This document shows positions 10,152-20,115 of a stretch of 64,000 bases of DNA, piece by piece. The translations under genes and the position numbers were made by a program. The DNA comes from a bacterium. GTDB lineage: Bacteria > Zhuqueibacterota > Zhuqueibacteria > Residuimicrobiales > Residuimicrobiaceae. Each line of letters opens with the position of its first letter. Within the stretch, counting starts at the first letter, position 1. The notes below the pieces were generated by a model. The model was given only the letters and a program-made list of their open reading frames with translations. It made no database searches and had not been told where the DNA came from. The stretch lies in NCBI GenBank assembly GCA_029554865.1, contig JAKPUX010000025.1, positions 11,561 through 75,560 on the forward strand, in the 5' to 3' direction.

Positions 10152-10862
10152 TCAGATACGCCGGTTGGCGATGAGCAGGGTTTTGGGGTCGAGGCGGAGC
10201 TGCAGCCGGTCGAGCTGCCGCTCGCCGTTGTCCTTGACGAGCTTTAATTCGATATAGTCGCGATGGGCCACCAGCAGGATGACGACCGTCAGCGTCTCTG
10301 CGAAGGCATTGATCGGTGCCGGGATGATGGTTTGGTCCGTGATCGGCAGCTCGGGCGGCAGGGTGGCGGAGAACCATATTTCCGCATCGTGCTCCTGGGC
10401 GAGCTTTTTCCAGAAGTGGAGATCGCTTTCGCTGGCCTTGTCGAACGAAAAGCCGTCGACGATGATGATCTGGGGCACAAAGGCCGAATCCTTGATCAGG
10501 CGGACGATGCTGCTCTTGACCGAGTCGAGGTTGAGCCCGCTGCGCTTGAAATGGAGGATGAGGCGGTTGCGGATGATCTCTTCGTAGATATCCATCGCGC
10601 CGGCCAGTTTGTAGGCGCGGGCGATCTCATGAAAAACCTGGGTATACCAATGTTCGATATGTTGGGGATCATCCGAGAAGGAGATATGGAGGGCTTTCTG
10701 GCCGCGCAGCAGGTTGTCGGTAGCGAAGTGGACAAGGCAGGCTGTTTTTCCCACCCCCTTGCGCGCGACGAAGACGCCGAGATTGCCTTTGCCCAGTCCG
10801 CCGTGAATCGATTTTTCCAGGATCCGGATCGGACTGCGCTTGATGATTTCTTCTTTGAGCAT
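10152..10862 (-). CDS. RecA/KaiC-superfamily single-domain P-loop ATPase, function unknown
   Basis: LEKSIHGGLGKG, Walker A ARKGVGKT, Walker B IIIVDG. Confidence 0.8.
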   Translation of the reverse strand: MLKEEIIKRSPIRILEKSIHGGLGKGNLGVFVARKGVGKTACLVHFATDNLLRGQKALHISFSDDPQHIEHWYTQVFHEIARAYKLAGAMDIYEEIIRNRLILHFKRSGLNLDSVKSSIVRLIKDSAFVPQIIIVDGFSFDKASESDLHFWKKLAQEHDAEIWFSATLPPELPITDQTIIPAPINAFAETLTVVILLVAHRDYIELKLVKDNGERQLDRLQLRLDPKTLLIANRRI

Positions 10863-10994
10863 GAGAGGCCTCTGAAGTAAGGTGCGCTGCTGCAGGTGGC
10901 GGCTCTAGTGTAATATACGACAGAGCGGGCCATTAATGCAACAGCGGAGTGCAGTGTTTTCGTCTGAATGGCCGGCCTTCAGCCGATCAGTCGT

Positions 10995-13076
10995 CTATCT
11001 GTTTTTAAGCTTTTCCTGATATGCCTTTTTTAGTTCCTCGGCGATGGACTCGGGCACCTTGGCGTAGCGCTTGAATTCCATGGTGAATTCTGCCTTGCCC
11101 TGTGTGGCCGAGCGCAGAACCGTGGAGTAGCCGAACATCTCACCGAGGGGCACTTCGGCCTCGACAGCGGTGAAGGTTTTGTCCTCTGTGGCGCTGAGGA
11201 TCATGCCGCGGCGCTGATTGATGGTGGCGAGCACCGCGCCCTGAAACTCGGGCGGGGTCTCGACGGCGACGCGCATGACCGGCTCGAGAATAATCGGCTT
11301 GCAGCGGCTGTAAAATTCCCGGAAGGCGCTGGAGGCCGCCGTCTGGAAAGCCATGTCAGACGAGTCGACAGGATGGTAGTTGCCGTCATTGACGATGACC
11401 CTGACCCCAACGATGGGAAAGCCGACCAGCGGGCCCTTCTCGAGCGCCGCCTCAAAGCCCTTTTTGCATGACGGGACATATTCCACGGGGATGACGCCGC
11501 CCTTGATCTCGTCGACGAATTCAAAGACGCCCTCATGAAAGGGCTCGACCTGTCCGCAGATGCGGGCGTACTGGCCTGCACCGCCGGTCTGCTTTTTGTG
11601 GGTATAATCGAAACTGGCCGCCTGGGAGATGCTCTCGCGGTAGGCCACTTGTGGTGCGCCGGTCTCGAGGGCCACCCCGTATTCGCGCCGCATACGCTCG
11701 ACATAGACGTCGAGGTGAAGCTCGCCCATACCGCGGATGATCGATTCGCCGGTCTCGGGATCCACGAAGGTCTTGAAGGTCGGATCCTCTTTGCTGAAGC
11801 GGTTGAGGGCCTTGGCCATGTTCTCACCCGATTTGTTGTCAAGGGGACGGATGGAGAGTGAGATCACCGGGCTGGGGACGAACATCGAGGTCATGGAGTA
11901 GTTGATGTCAGTCGAGCAGAAGGTGTCGCCGGAGGCGCAGTCGATGCCGAAGAGGGCGACGATATCGCCGGCGCTCGCCTCATTGATGTCCTCCATCTCG
12001 TCGGCGTGCATGCGGATAAGTCGGCCAATGCGCACCTTTTTCTGGGAACGGCTGTTGCGCAGCTCCTCGCCCTTGCGGATCATCCCCTGGTAGATGCGCA
12101 CGTAGGTAAGCTGGCCGAAGCGGGTGTCGTCGAGCTTGAAGGCGAGCAGCACGGCTGGCAGGGCGTTGTCGGGTTGGAGGAGAATTTCGGTTTCGCCGGC
12201 GTCCAGGTCCAGGGCACGGTTTTCGATTTCGGTGGGCGCGGGCAGATAGTCGACCACTCCGTCCAGCAGGGTCTGGATGCCCTTGTTTTTGAAAGCGGAG
12301 CCGATGAAGACCGGGGTGAGTTCAAGGGCCAGGGTGCCCTGGCGCACGGCCTGATAGATGAGTTCTTCGGTGACCCGGTCTTCGAGGTAGGCCTCGGCGA
12401 GTGCGTCGCTGAAGAGAGAGGCACGATCGATGAGGAGATCGCGTTTTTCCAGGGCCTTTTCGCGCAGCCCGGCCGGGACCTCTTCTTCGCGCAGGATCTC
12501 GCCGTTACTGCCGTCGAAGTAGATGGCTTTCATGCGGATGAGGTCGATGATTGCCTCGAAATTGGCTTCGAGGCCGATCGGGAGCTGCATCAGTACTGCG
12601 TTATGGCCGAGTTTGTCGCGCAGCTGTTCGACGATGCGTTCCGGATCGGCGCCCATGCGATCGCACTTGTTGATGAAGGCGAGGCGGGGGACCTTGTATC
12701 GGGTCATCTGCCGGTCGACGGTGAGGGTTTGGGATTGCACGCCGCCCACGGCGCAGAGGACGAGCACAGCGCCGTCGAGGACGCGCAGAGAGCGTTCCAC
12801 CTCGATGGTGAAATCGACGTGTCCCGGGGTATCGATGATATTGATCATCGATTTCTTCCAGGTCACATTGGTGGAGGCGGAGGAGATGGTGATGCCGCGT
12901 TCGCGCTCGAGATCCATCGAGTCCATGGTGGCGCCTACGCCGTCCTTGCCGCGGACTTCGTGGATGGCGTGGATTTTTTGGGTGTAGTAGAGGATCCGTT
13001 CGGTCAGCGTTGTCTTGCCCGAGTCGATGTGGGCGCTGATGCCGATATTGCGCATTTTTTGCAGATCGATAGCCAT
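10995..13076 (-). CDS. fusA: Elongation factor G (spd/mitochondrial EF-G1-like)
   Basis: [45 protein letters not shown]; ATG 13076. Confidence 0.95.
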   Translation of the reverse strand: MAIDLQKMRNIGISAHIDSGKTTLTERILYYTQKIHAIHEVRGKDGVGATMDSMDLERERGITISSASTNVTWKKSMINIIDTPGHVDFTIEVERSLRVLDGAVLVLCAVGGVQSQTLTVDRQMTRYKVPRLAFINKCDRMGADPERIVEQLRDKLGHNAVLMQLPIGLEANFEAIIDLIRMKAIYFDGSNGEILREEEVPAGLREKALEKRDLLIDRASLFSDALAEAYLEDRVTEELIYQAVRQGTLALELTPVFIGSAFKNKGIQTLLDGVVDYLPAPTEIENRALDLDAGETEILLQPDNALPAVLLAFKLDDTRFGQLTYVRIYQGMIRKGEELRNSRSQKKVRIGRLIRMHADEMEDINEASAGDIVALFGIDCASGDTFCSTDINYSMTSMFVPSPVISLSIRPLDNKSGENMAKALNRFSKEDPTFKTFVDPETGESIIRGMGELHLDVYVERMRREYGVALETGAPQVAYRESISQAASFDYTHKKQTGGAGQYARICGQVEPFHEGVFEFVDEIKGGVIPVEYVPSCKKGFEAALEKGPLVGFPIVGVRVIVNDGNYHPVDSSDMAFQTAASSAFREFYSRCKPIILEPVMRVAVETPPEFQGAVLATINQRRGMILSATEDKTFTAVEAEVPLGEMFGYSTVLRSATQGKAEFTMEFKRYAKVPESIAEELKKAYQEKLKNR

Positions 13077-13122
13077 ATTCAACTCTGAGTTTATGATGAA
13101 ATTCGCGAAAAACAAAGAGTTA

Positions 13123-13151
13123 ATTTTACGAATTTTTCATCATATTCCCAA
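13123..13151 (-). promoter_or_regulatory. Promoter upstream of fusA
   Basis: Minus strand TTGGGA-17 nt-TAAAAT. Confidence 0.5.
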
Positions 13152-13200
13152 CAAAAAAATGACCGATTTCCGCCCCGGCCTGAGAATCGCATGCTGTCCG

Positions 13201-13238
13201 AAAAGGGCCTCCTTGCGGCTGCCCCGCCGCAAGGAGGC
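13201..13238 (-). terminator. Intrinsic terminator after tricorn gene
   Basis: 13-bp stem GCCTCCTTGCGGC/GCCGCAAGGAGGC, then CCTTTT on the minus strand. Confidence 0.7.
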
Positions 13239-13246
13239 GGAACCGC

Positions 13247-16200
13247 TCAGCGCACTGGATAGGGGGGGACAGGCGGAACGGTGTTCTGCCAGTTTTTCAG
13301 CTCCTCGAGGATCAGTTCGATCGCCTTGTCGAGCTGCTGATCGGTGCCGTTGAATTCGAGGGCGGGATCGTTGTCGACCCAGACATCCGGCTCCACGCCG
13401 GTGCCTTCGATGATCCACTCCCGGCCGTCGAGGCCGAAGCGGGAGAATTCAGGCTTGTTGAGCGAGCCGCCGTCGAGGAAGGGCAGGGAGCCGCGGATAC
13501 CAACCACGCCGCCCCAGGTGCGCTTGCCGACGAGCTTGCCCAGCTTCATCTGCCTGAAGCGGTAGGGGAAGAGGTCACCGACGGAGGCGGAGAACTCGTC
13601 GATCAGGCAGATCTTCGGGCCCCACTGCATGCCGCCGGGATCGACCGAGGCCACAGTGTTGCGGGCGAAGGTGAACATGGCGATCTCGCGGCGGAGCCGT
13701 TCGATGATCATGGGCGAGACGTTGCCGCCGCCGTTGCCACGATCGTCGATGATCAGGGCTTTTTTCTGCAGCTGGGGGTAGTAGTATTTTACGAACTCAT
13801 TGAGGCCGTTTACGCCCATGTCGGGGATATGGATATAGCCGACCTGGCCGCCGGTCGCCTCGTTTACTCGGGCGATGTTGGCCTGGACCCAGGAGTAGTA
13901 ATAGAGCTCCGCCTCATTGTCGATCGGTACGACTGTGACCTCGCGGCTGCCGGCGGTATTGGGGGTGCTGTTGAGGGTCAGCTGCACCTGCCTGCCGGCC
14001 TTGCCGGCGAGGGCGGCATAGAGGTTGGGCATCTCCGCGGTGGATTGCCCGTTGATGGCGAGGATATAGTCGCCTTCGCGAGCGTCGACCCCGATCTCGG
14101 TGAGGGGGGAGCGGGTTTTGGCCTGCCAGTTCTCCCCTTTGAGGATCCTGTCGATGCGGAAGTAGCCGCTGCGGGGATCCTTGCTGAGGCGGGCGCCGAG
14201 CAGCCCCAATTTGATGCGCCGGGGTTTGGGCAGGTCGCCGCCGCCGACGTAGGTGTGGCCGGCGCCGAGTTCCCCGATCATCTCGCCGATGAGGTAGGAG
14301 AGGTCCGCGCGGTGCTCCACATAGGGGAGCAGGGGGGCATATTTATCCCGGACGGCGCGCCAGTCCACCCCGTGCATGTTGGGGGCGTAGAAAAAGTCGC
14401 GCATCTGCCGCCAGCTCTCGTTGTAGATCTGCTGCCATTCCGCCTTGCGGTCCAGATTCACCTCCATGCCGGTGAGGTTGAGCTTTTCCTTGATCTCGAT
14501 CTTGGCGGAGGGCAGATCGATGATGGCGTAGGTGGAGCCCTGCCGGACGATCATCTTTTTCAGATCGGCGGAGATCTCATAACCGTCGATCTGACCCAGC
14601 TCGGTCTCCTTGAGCTCCTTCAAGTCATAGAAAAGCAGGATGGGCTTCTCGTCCCTGCTGCTGCGACGTATATAGTAGAGTTTGTCCTCGACGGAGGCGA
14701 GGCTGCCATAGTTGGCGGGCTTGACTGGCAGGCCGATGATGCGTTGAGCCAGTCCCTCAAGATCGATCCGGGAGGTGGCGATGGAGAATGAATTCTCCTT
14801 CTTGGCTTCTTTTTTATCGCTTTTACTGGCGGACCCAGTCGTGGTCCGGCCGCCGATCTGCACCTCGTCGCTTTTCGGCTGGAACGGGGAGGGGGTATCT
14901 TTGGCCAGAGTCAGCATATAGATGCGCGACATGTCGCGATAGATGTGGTTCCATTCGATTTGACTGTAGAGGGGATTAAAATCGCGATCGGAGACGAAAA
15001 AGAGGTAGCGGTCATCGCTGCTGAAGACCGGGTTGGCGCAGTCGAACCAGCCGTCGCTGATAGCGGCAGTGGTTGCGGTGGCCACTGAGTAGAGGTAGAG
15101 GCGCGGCATCATCTCCTCTTCGTTCCGGGTGTAGACGATCCATTTGTTGTTGGGCGACCAGGCATAGTCGTTGAATTCAAAGACCCGGGCGCTGTCAACG
15201 AGGGTGATCTTTTGGCTCTCGATGTCGACATACTGCAGGCGCAGCTTTTTATCGGCCCAGAGCAGTTTGCGGCTGTCCGGCGACCAGCTGAGCCGGTATT
15301 TATAAACGTCGCCACTGCTGGTAATCTGGCGGGGAGCGCTCTTGCCCTCCTGGCTGAAGAGCCAGATTTCGTCTTCGCCGCTGCGATCGGAGATGGCAGC
15401 GATCCAGCGTCCGTCCGGCGACCAGGTGCTGCTGCGTTCGTGAATGCCGGGTGTGGCGGTGAGGTTGCGGATCTCGCCGTATTTGGCCGGGATGGTGAAG
15501 AGGTCGCCGCGGGCGCCGAAGAGGGCGCGCTGGCCGTCCGGGGAGATTTCGAAGTTGGCAATGAAGGGGCTGACATCGAGAAGCCCGGAGCGGCTGGCGG
15601 CGAGGTCCTCGGCGATGGTGACCGGGACGGCGGAGGCGGTGCCGGAGGCGAGATCAAATCGGTAGATGGCGCCCCCCTTTTCGAAGACAATCGCCTGGTC
15701 GCCAAGGGAGGGAAATTTTATGTCATAATCGGTGAAAAAGGTGAGCTGGCGCGTCTCTCCACCCTCGGGAGTACAGACGAAGAGGTTCATCCGTTTGTTT
15801 TCATCCCGGTCGGAGAGAAAATAGATCCGGTCTCCTGACCACATCGGGAAGATGTCGGAGGCCGGGTTGTTGGTGAGATTGCGGGTCTCCTTGCGGTTGC
15901 GGTCGTAGATCCAGATATCATCGGCCATGCCGCCGCGGTAGCGTTTCCAGGTCCTGAATTCGCGGAAGATGCGGTTGTAAGCGAGCCTGCTGCCGTCGGG
16001 CGAGAAGGAGGAGAAGCCCCCGCGTGGCAGGGGGAGCTGCTCCGGCATGCCGCCGCCGGCCGGGACCAGATAGAGCTGTCCTTTAAAGTCGTTGAACTCG
16101 CGCATGCGGGAGCGGAAGAGGATCTCCTTGCCGTCGGGTGTCCAGCCCAGGACGATGGTATTGGGCCCCATCCGGTCGGAGACCTCATCACGATCGAGAG

Positions 16201-16519
16201 TGGCGGTCCAGGTCAGGCGCTCAGGAACGCCGCCCTGGGCGGGGATCAAAAAGACTTCGGTGTTGCCGTCATATTGTCCCGTAAAGGCGATCTGCCGGCC
16301 GTCGGGGGAGAAGCGGGCGAACATTTCATAGCCGTCGTGGCTGGTCAGGCGGCGTGCGGTGCCCCCCTGTGCGGAGACGGTGTAAAGGTTGCCGGCATAG
16401 CTGAAGACAATTTGATCGCCGTGGATGGCGGGGAAGCGGAGCAGAAGAGTGCCCGAGTCCGCAGCGCCGGCGATTGCGCCCGCTGCGATCAGGAGCAGGA
16501 AGAGGAGCATTCGTTTCAT
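13247..16519 (-). CDS. Tricorn-like S41 protease (secreted; beta-propellers, PDZ, C1/C2)
   Basis: Signal peptide MKRMLLFLLL, many SPDG (PD40-like) repeats, GELGAGHTY, GYIHIPDM, RGNGGG, GKRTWGG; ATG 16519. Confidence 0.92.
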   Translation of the reverse strand: MKRMLLFLLLIAAGAIAGAADSGTLLLRFPAIHGDQIVFSYAGNLYTVSAQGGTARRLTSHDGYEMFARFSPDGRQIAFTGQYDGNTEVFLIPAQGGVPERLTWTATLDRDEVSDRMGPNTIVLGWTPDGKEILFRSRMREFNDFKGQLYLVPAGGGMPEQLPLPRGGFSSFSPDGSRLAYNRIFREFRTWKRYRGGMADDIWIYDRNRKETRNLTNNPASDIFPMWSGDRIYFLSDRDENKRMNLFVCTPEGGETRQLTFFTDYDIKFPSLGDQAIVFEKGGAIYRFDLASGTASAVPVTIAEDLAASRSGLLDVSPFIANFEISPDGQRALFGARGDLFTIPAKYGEIRNLTATPGIHERSSTWSPDGRWIAAISDRSGEDEIWLFSQEGKSAPRQITSSGDVYKYRLSWSPDSRKLLWADKKLRLQYVDIESQKITLVDSARVFEFNDYAWSPNNKWIVYTRNEEEMMPRLYLYSVATATTAAISDGWFDCANPVFSSDDRYLFFVSDRDFNPLYSQIEWNHIYRDMSRIYMLTLAKDTPSPFQPKSDEVQIGGRTTTGSASKSDKKEAKKENSFSIATSRIDLEGLAQRIIGLPVKPANYGSLASVEDKLYYIRRSSRDEKPILLFYDLKELKETELGQIDGYEISADLKKMIVRQGSTYAIIDLPSAKIEIKEKLNLTGMEVNLDRKAEWQQIYNESWRQMRDFFYAPNMHGVDWRAVRDKYAPLLPYVEHRADLSYLIGEMIGELGAGHTYVGGGDLPKPRRIKLGLLGARLSKDPRSGYFRIDRILKGENWQAKTRSPLTEIGVDAREGDYILAINGQSTAEMPNLYAALAGKAGRQVQLTLNSTPNTAGSREVTVVPIDNEAELYYYSWVQANIARVNEATGGQVGYIHIPDMGVNGLNEFVKYYYPQLQKKALIIDDRGNGGGNVSPMIIERLRREIAMFTFARNTVASVDPGGMQWGPKICLIDEFSASVGDLFPYRFRQMKLGKLVGKRTWGGVVGIRGSLPFLDGGSLNKPEFSRFGLDGREWIIEGTGVEPDVWVDNDPALEFNGTDQQLDKAIELILEELKNWQNTVPPVPPYPVR

Positions 16520-16679
16520 GGTATTTCCTTGTCTTGTTCGAGGGGATCCAAAAGCTGAATGGAGAGAAAAGGGGTGGAGGGCGCAACGCTCCTGGTCGCG
16601 AGCCGGCAGCTTGCCGCAGGGCACAATGGAAAAGCCCTGCGGCGTGTTAAGGCAGCAGGGCTTTGACCGCGACGGGATC

Positions 16680-17075
16680 TCAAAGAGATCTCTTTCTATG
16701 ATGGGTGAAGCGGTTGTAGACCACATCGAAGCCGCGCTTGATGCCTTGACCGAGCTGGGAGAGCTTGACTGCGGGCAGGGCAATCTTGGCGAGCAGGTTT
16801 GCCTCAAAGTCCTTCACGTTGCGGGAGATCTGGCGGACGTTATCCACACTCTCCTCAATCATGAAGGTCTGGCGCTGGACCGATTCAAGGATGCGCGCTG
16901 TTTTCTGGGTGATGATCGTGATATCGTGGCTGATTGGTGCGATATGGGGCCGTGCTTCCTCAGTCAGGCGCTGAACCGATTTGATCAGGCGGATGACGTA
17001 AAAGAGCGTCACGATCAAGGCGATCCAGGTCAGGACCATGACGGCGGCGATGACGACCACGCTGTACTCTAGCAT
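16680..17075 (-). CDS. DUF948/YoxC-like membrane coiled-coil protein
   Basis: N-terminal TM plus heptad helix; adjacent to a YtxH-like gene. Confidence 0.65.
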   Translation of the reverse strand: MLEYSVVVIAAVMVLTWIALIVTLFYVIRLIKSVQRLTEEARPHIAPISHDITIITQKTARILESVQRQTFMIEESVDNVRQISRNVKDFEANLLAKIALPAVKLSQLGQGIKRGFDVVYNRFTHHRKRSL

Positions 17076-17102
17076 GACAGGGGCACTCCTTCCGCCTTGG
17101 GG

Positions 17103-17543
17103 TTATTTCTTGCCAAACTCCTTGCGCGCGGCATCGACCCCTGCGACAACCGCCTTTTCAGCCTTTACTTTTTTTTTTGCGACCTCTTCCCTGGTGTCGT
17201 GAATATAGCCCTTGGCGGATTCGCCCAGCTCTTCAACCTTCTGGTTGGCGGTAGTGAGGAGCTCTTCGGCCTTCATGCGGGCGGTGGCGAGCTGTTCACT
17301 GGCCTCTTCGCGCAGGGCCTGGGCCTTCTCGACCGCTTCGGTGATGATGGCGGAGGCGCGGGAGCGGGCATCGTGATAGATGCGTTTGGAGCCCTCGACC
17401 GCCTCTTCGCTCTTGCGGACGATATCGCCGCGCAACTCTTTACCTGACTTGGGGGCGAAAAGCAGGGCAGCCAGGGCGCCCAGGGTTCCGCCGATGAGCA
17501 GGCCCTTGAAAAAACTGTCGCGATCGAATCCACTCTCAGCCAT
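17103..17543 (-). CDS. YtxH domain-containing protein
   Basis: FFKGLLIGGTLGALAALLFAPKSGKELR motif; AGGAGG RBS. Confidence 0.9.
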   Translation of the reverse strand: MAESGFDRDSFFKGLLIGGTLGALAALLFAPKSGKELRGDIVRKSEEAVEGSKRIYHDARSRASAIITEAVEKAQALREEASEQLATARMKAEELLTTANQKVEELGESAKGYIHDTREEVAKKKVKAEKAVVAGVDAARKEFGKK

Positions 17544-17875
17544 GGTAATTTCCTCCTGATAGAGATGATGAGATAATTTTGGCCGCAATATGATATAGAC
17601 GGTTGGGAATTGCGGGTTGGTTTGTGCGGTCCGGTCTTGATGACCGCTGGATCACACCGGTAATACTACAATTAGCAAAAATTTATCAAAAAGTCAAGGC
17701 CCATTTTTGGTCTGATCGACCCCCGAAAGCTGGCTCCCACCGGACCCCTGGCGCCGCGGACTCTCATTCCGGGGGCTATCATACCATTTTTGAGCGGACA
17801 GGCTCTTACTATAACCAGCCTGGCCGGTATTAGATTCCACAAGGGGAGGGATTGGCCGTGCAACAGGTAAAAAAC

Positions 17876-17904
17876 TTGCTTTTCTCCCCTGCGCGGGATA
17901 TATT
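17876..17904 (+). promoter_or_regulatory. Promoter upstream of tex
   Basis: TTGCTT-17 nt-TATATT. Confidence 0.55.
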
Positions 17905-17949
17905 TACACACTATCCAACAAATCCCGAACCAACATCAGGAATACCGGC

Positions 17950-20115
17950 GTGCAAGAGCAGCAGATGTACACCGCCATTGCGGAAGAGTTGAACCTGGGC
18001 TGGAGCCAGGTCAAGAGCACAATAGAGTTGCTGGATGCGGACAATACCGTCCCCTTCATAGCGCGTTATCGCAAGGAGGCGACGGGGAGTCTGGATGAGG
18101 AGCAGATACGCGCCATCCAGGAGCGGATCAGGTATTTGCGCAATCTTGAGGAGCGGCGCCAGGCCATCCTCAAGAGCATCGAGGAGCAGGGCAAGCTGAC
18201 GCCCGAGCTGGAGGCGGCCCTGCAGGCGGCCGACAGACTGCAGACCCTGGAGGACCTTTATCTGCCCTACAAGCCGAAGCGGCGCACCCGGGCGACGATG
18301 GCGCGAGAGAAGGGGCTGGAGCCGCTGGCGCAGCTCATTCTCGCCCAGGAGATTCTCAGCGGGGAGCCCCTCGAGTATGCCCAGTCCTTTGTGGATCCTG
18401 AAAAGGGAGTGGAGGATGCGGAGGCGGCCCTGGCGGGGGCGCGCGATATCTGCGCGGAAACCATTTCCGATGATGCCCGGGTCCGGCAAACGGTGCGCGA
18501 GCGCACCCTGGCGCGGGGATTTCTCACCTCGGAGGCCAGGGATCCCGACAACTGCAAGGAGTACGAGATCTACAAGCAGTTCTCCGAACCGGTCAAGACC
18601 ATACCGCCCCACCGCATCCTGGCCATCAACCGGGGCGAGCGGGAGAACTTTTTGCGCGCGGCCATCGAGGCGCCGGAGGCGGAGCTGGTGCTGGAGATCG
18701 AAAAACTCTATGTCACCCAGCCGCGCAGCATCTTCACCGGCGAGCTGAAGAAAGCCGCCGCCGATGCCTATCATCGCCTCATCGCCCCGGCGATCGAACG
18801 GGAGATTCGCAACCAGCTCACGGAGCGGGCGGATGAACATGCTATCCGCATCTTCGCCCAGAATCTGCGCGCGCTTCTGATGCAGCCCCCCCTGCGCGGC
18901 AAGGTCATTCTCGGCATCGATCCCGGTTTTCGCACCGGCTGCAAGATCGCCGCCATCGACCGGACGGGCAAATACCTCGAGGGCGGCACCATCTATCCCC
19001 ATGAACCGCAGCGGCGCTGGCGGGAGGCGGTGGAGACCATCAGCGAATTCATTGCGGACTATCAGATTGACATCATCGCTATTGGCAACGGCACTGCCAG
19101 CCGGGAGACCGAAAAGCTGGCCGCCGAGGTGATCGCCGAATGCGGCCGGCCGGTTCAGTATGTCATCGTCAGCGAGGCCGGGGCCTCGGTCTATTCCGCC
19201 TCGCCGGTAGCGCGAAAGGAGTTTCCGGATCTGGAGGCCTCGCTGCGCGGCAACATCTCCATCGCCCGCCGTCTTCTTGATCCGCTTTCCGAGCTGGTCA
19301 AGATCGATCCCAAGTCGATCGGCGTCGGGCTTTATCAGCACGATGTCGATCAGATCCATCTGGCCGAATCCCTCGACCAGGTGGTGGAGTCGTGCGTCAA
19401 CAGTGTGGGGGTCGATTTGAATACCGCCTCGGTTTCTCTGCTGCAATATGTCTCCGGTGTCAACGGCAGGGTGGCGGAGAATATCGTCCGCTGCCGCGAG
19501 GAGAGGGGAAAATTCACAACCCGCGAGGAACTCAAGGCGGTCAAGGGGCTGGGCGAGAATGCCTTTGTGCAGGCGGCGGGTTTTCTGCGCCTTCCCGAGA
19601 GCGAGCGCTTTTTCGACCGGACGGCGGTTCATCCCGAATCCTACGCGGCTGCGGAGCGGCTGCTGCAGGAACTCGGCCTCGCTGTGGCGCAGGTGCAGGA
19701 GAACGGTCGGCTGGTGAGCCAGCGGCTCAAGCAGAGCGGGCGCACCCTGACCGAGCTGGCCGGGGTGTGCGGCTGCGGCGCCGAGACCCTGCAGGATATC
19801 ATCGCCAGCCTGGAAAAACCCAACCGCGACCCACGTGATGAAATGCCCAAGCCGATCTTGCGCAGCGATGTGCTCACCATCGAGGACTTGAGCGAGGGGA
19901 TGGTGCTCAAGGGAACCGTGCGCAATGTTGTCGATTTTGGAGCCTTTGTCGACATCGGAGTCAAGGAGGACGGCCTTGTCCATCTCAGCCGCATGGCGAA
20001 AAAGTTCGTCAAGCATCCCCTGGATATCGTCAAGGTCGGGGATGTGATCGAGGTCAAGGTGATCACCATCGACCGGGAGCGCCATCGCATCGGTCTGAGC
20101 ATGGTGCTGGATTGA
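17950..20115 (+). CDS. tex: Tex family RNA-binding transcriptional accessory protein
   Basis: TVPFIARYRKEATG, LEDLYLPYKPKRRT, GIDPGFRTGCK, C-terminal S1 domain (DFGAFVDIG). Confidence 0.95.
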   Translation: MQEQQMYTAIAEELNLGWSQVKSTIELLDADNTVPFIARYRKEATGSLDEEQIRAIQERIRYLRNLEERRQAILKSIEEQGKLTPELEAALQAADRLQTLEDLYLPYKPKRRTRATMAREKGLEPLAQLILAQEILSGEPLEYAQSFVDPEKGVEDAEAALAGARDICAETISDDARVRQTVRERTLARGFLTSEARDPDNCKEYEIYKQFSEPVKTIPPHRILAINRGERENFLRAAIEAPEAELVLEIEKLYVTQPRSIFTGELKKAAADAYHRLIAPAIEREIRNQLTERADEHAIRIFAQNLRALLMQPPLRGKVILGIDPGFRTGCKIAAIDRTGKYLEGGTIYPHEPQRRWREAVETISEFIADYQIDIIAIGNGTASRETEKLAAEVIAECGRPVQYVIVSEAGASVYSASPVARKEFPDLEASLRGNISIARRLLDPLSELVKIDPKSIGVGLYQHDVDQIHLAESLDQVVESCVNSVGVDLNTASVSLLQYVSGVNGRVAENIVRCREERGKFTTREELKAVKGLGENAFVQAAGFLRLPESERFFDRTAVHPESYAAAERLLQELGLAVAQVQENGRLVSQRLKQSGRTLTELAGVCGCGAETLQDIIASLEKPNRDPRDEMPKPILRSDVLTIEDLSEGMVLKGTVRNVVDFGAFVDIGVKEDGLVHLSRMAKKFVKHPLDIVKVGDVIEVKVITIDRERHRIGLSMVLD

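Noticed and set aside
16520-16807. N-terminal extension of the tricorn ORF to 16807
   Set aside because: Overlaps the DUF948-like gene; the signal peptide and RBS point to ATG 16519
17600-17870. Possible ncRNA in the ytxH-tex intergenic region
   Set aside because: Only short hairpins and divergent promoter boxes; no recognisable 6S, tmRNA or riboswitch motif
17911-20085. 724-aa minus-strand ORF (also 1889-3502, 36494-38107, 39186-40853, 55465-56937, 57269-58993)
   Set aside because: Antisense shadows of well-conserved genes, expected with high-GC codon bias; no recognisable motifs
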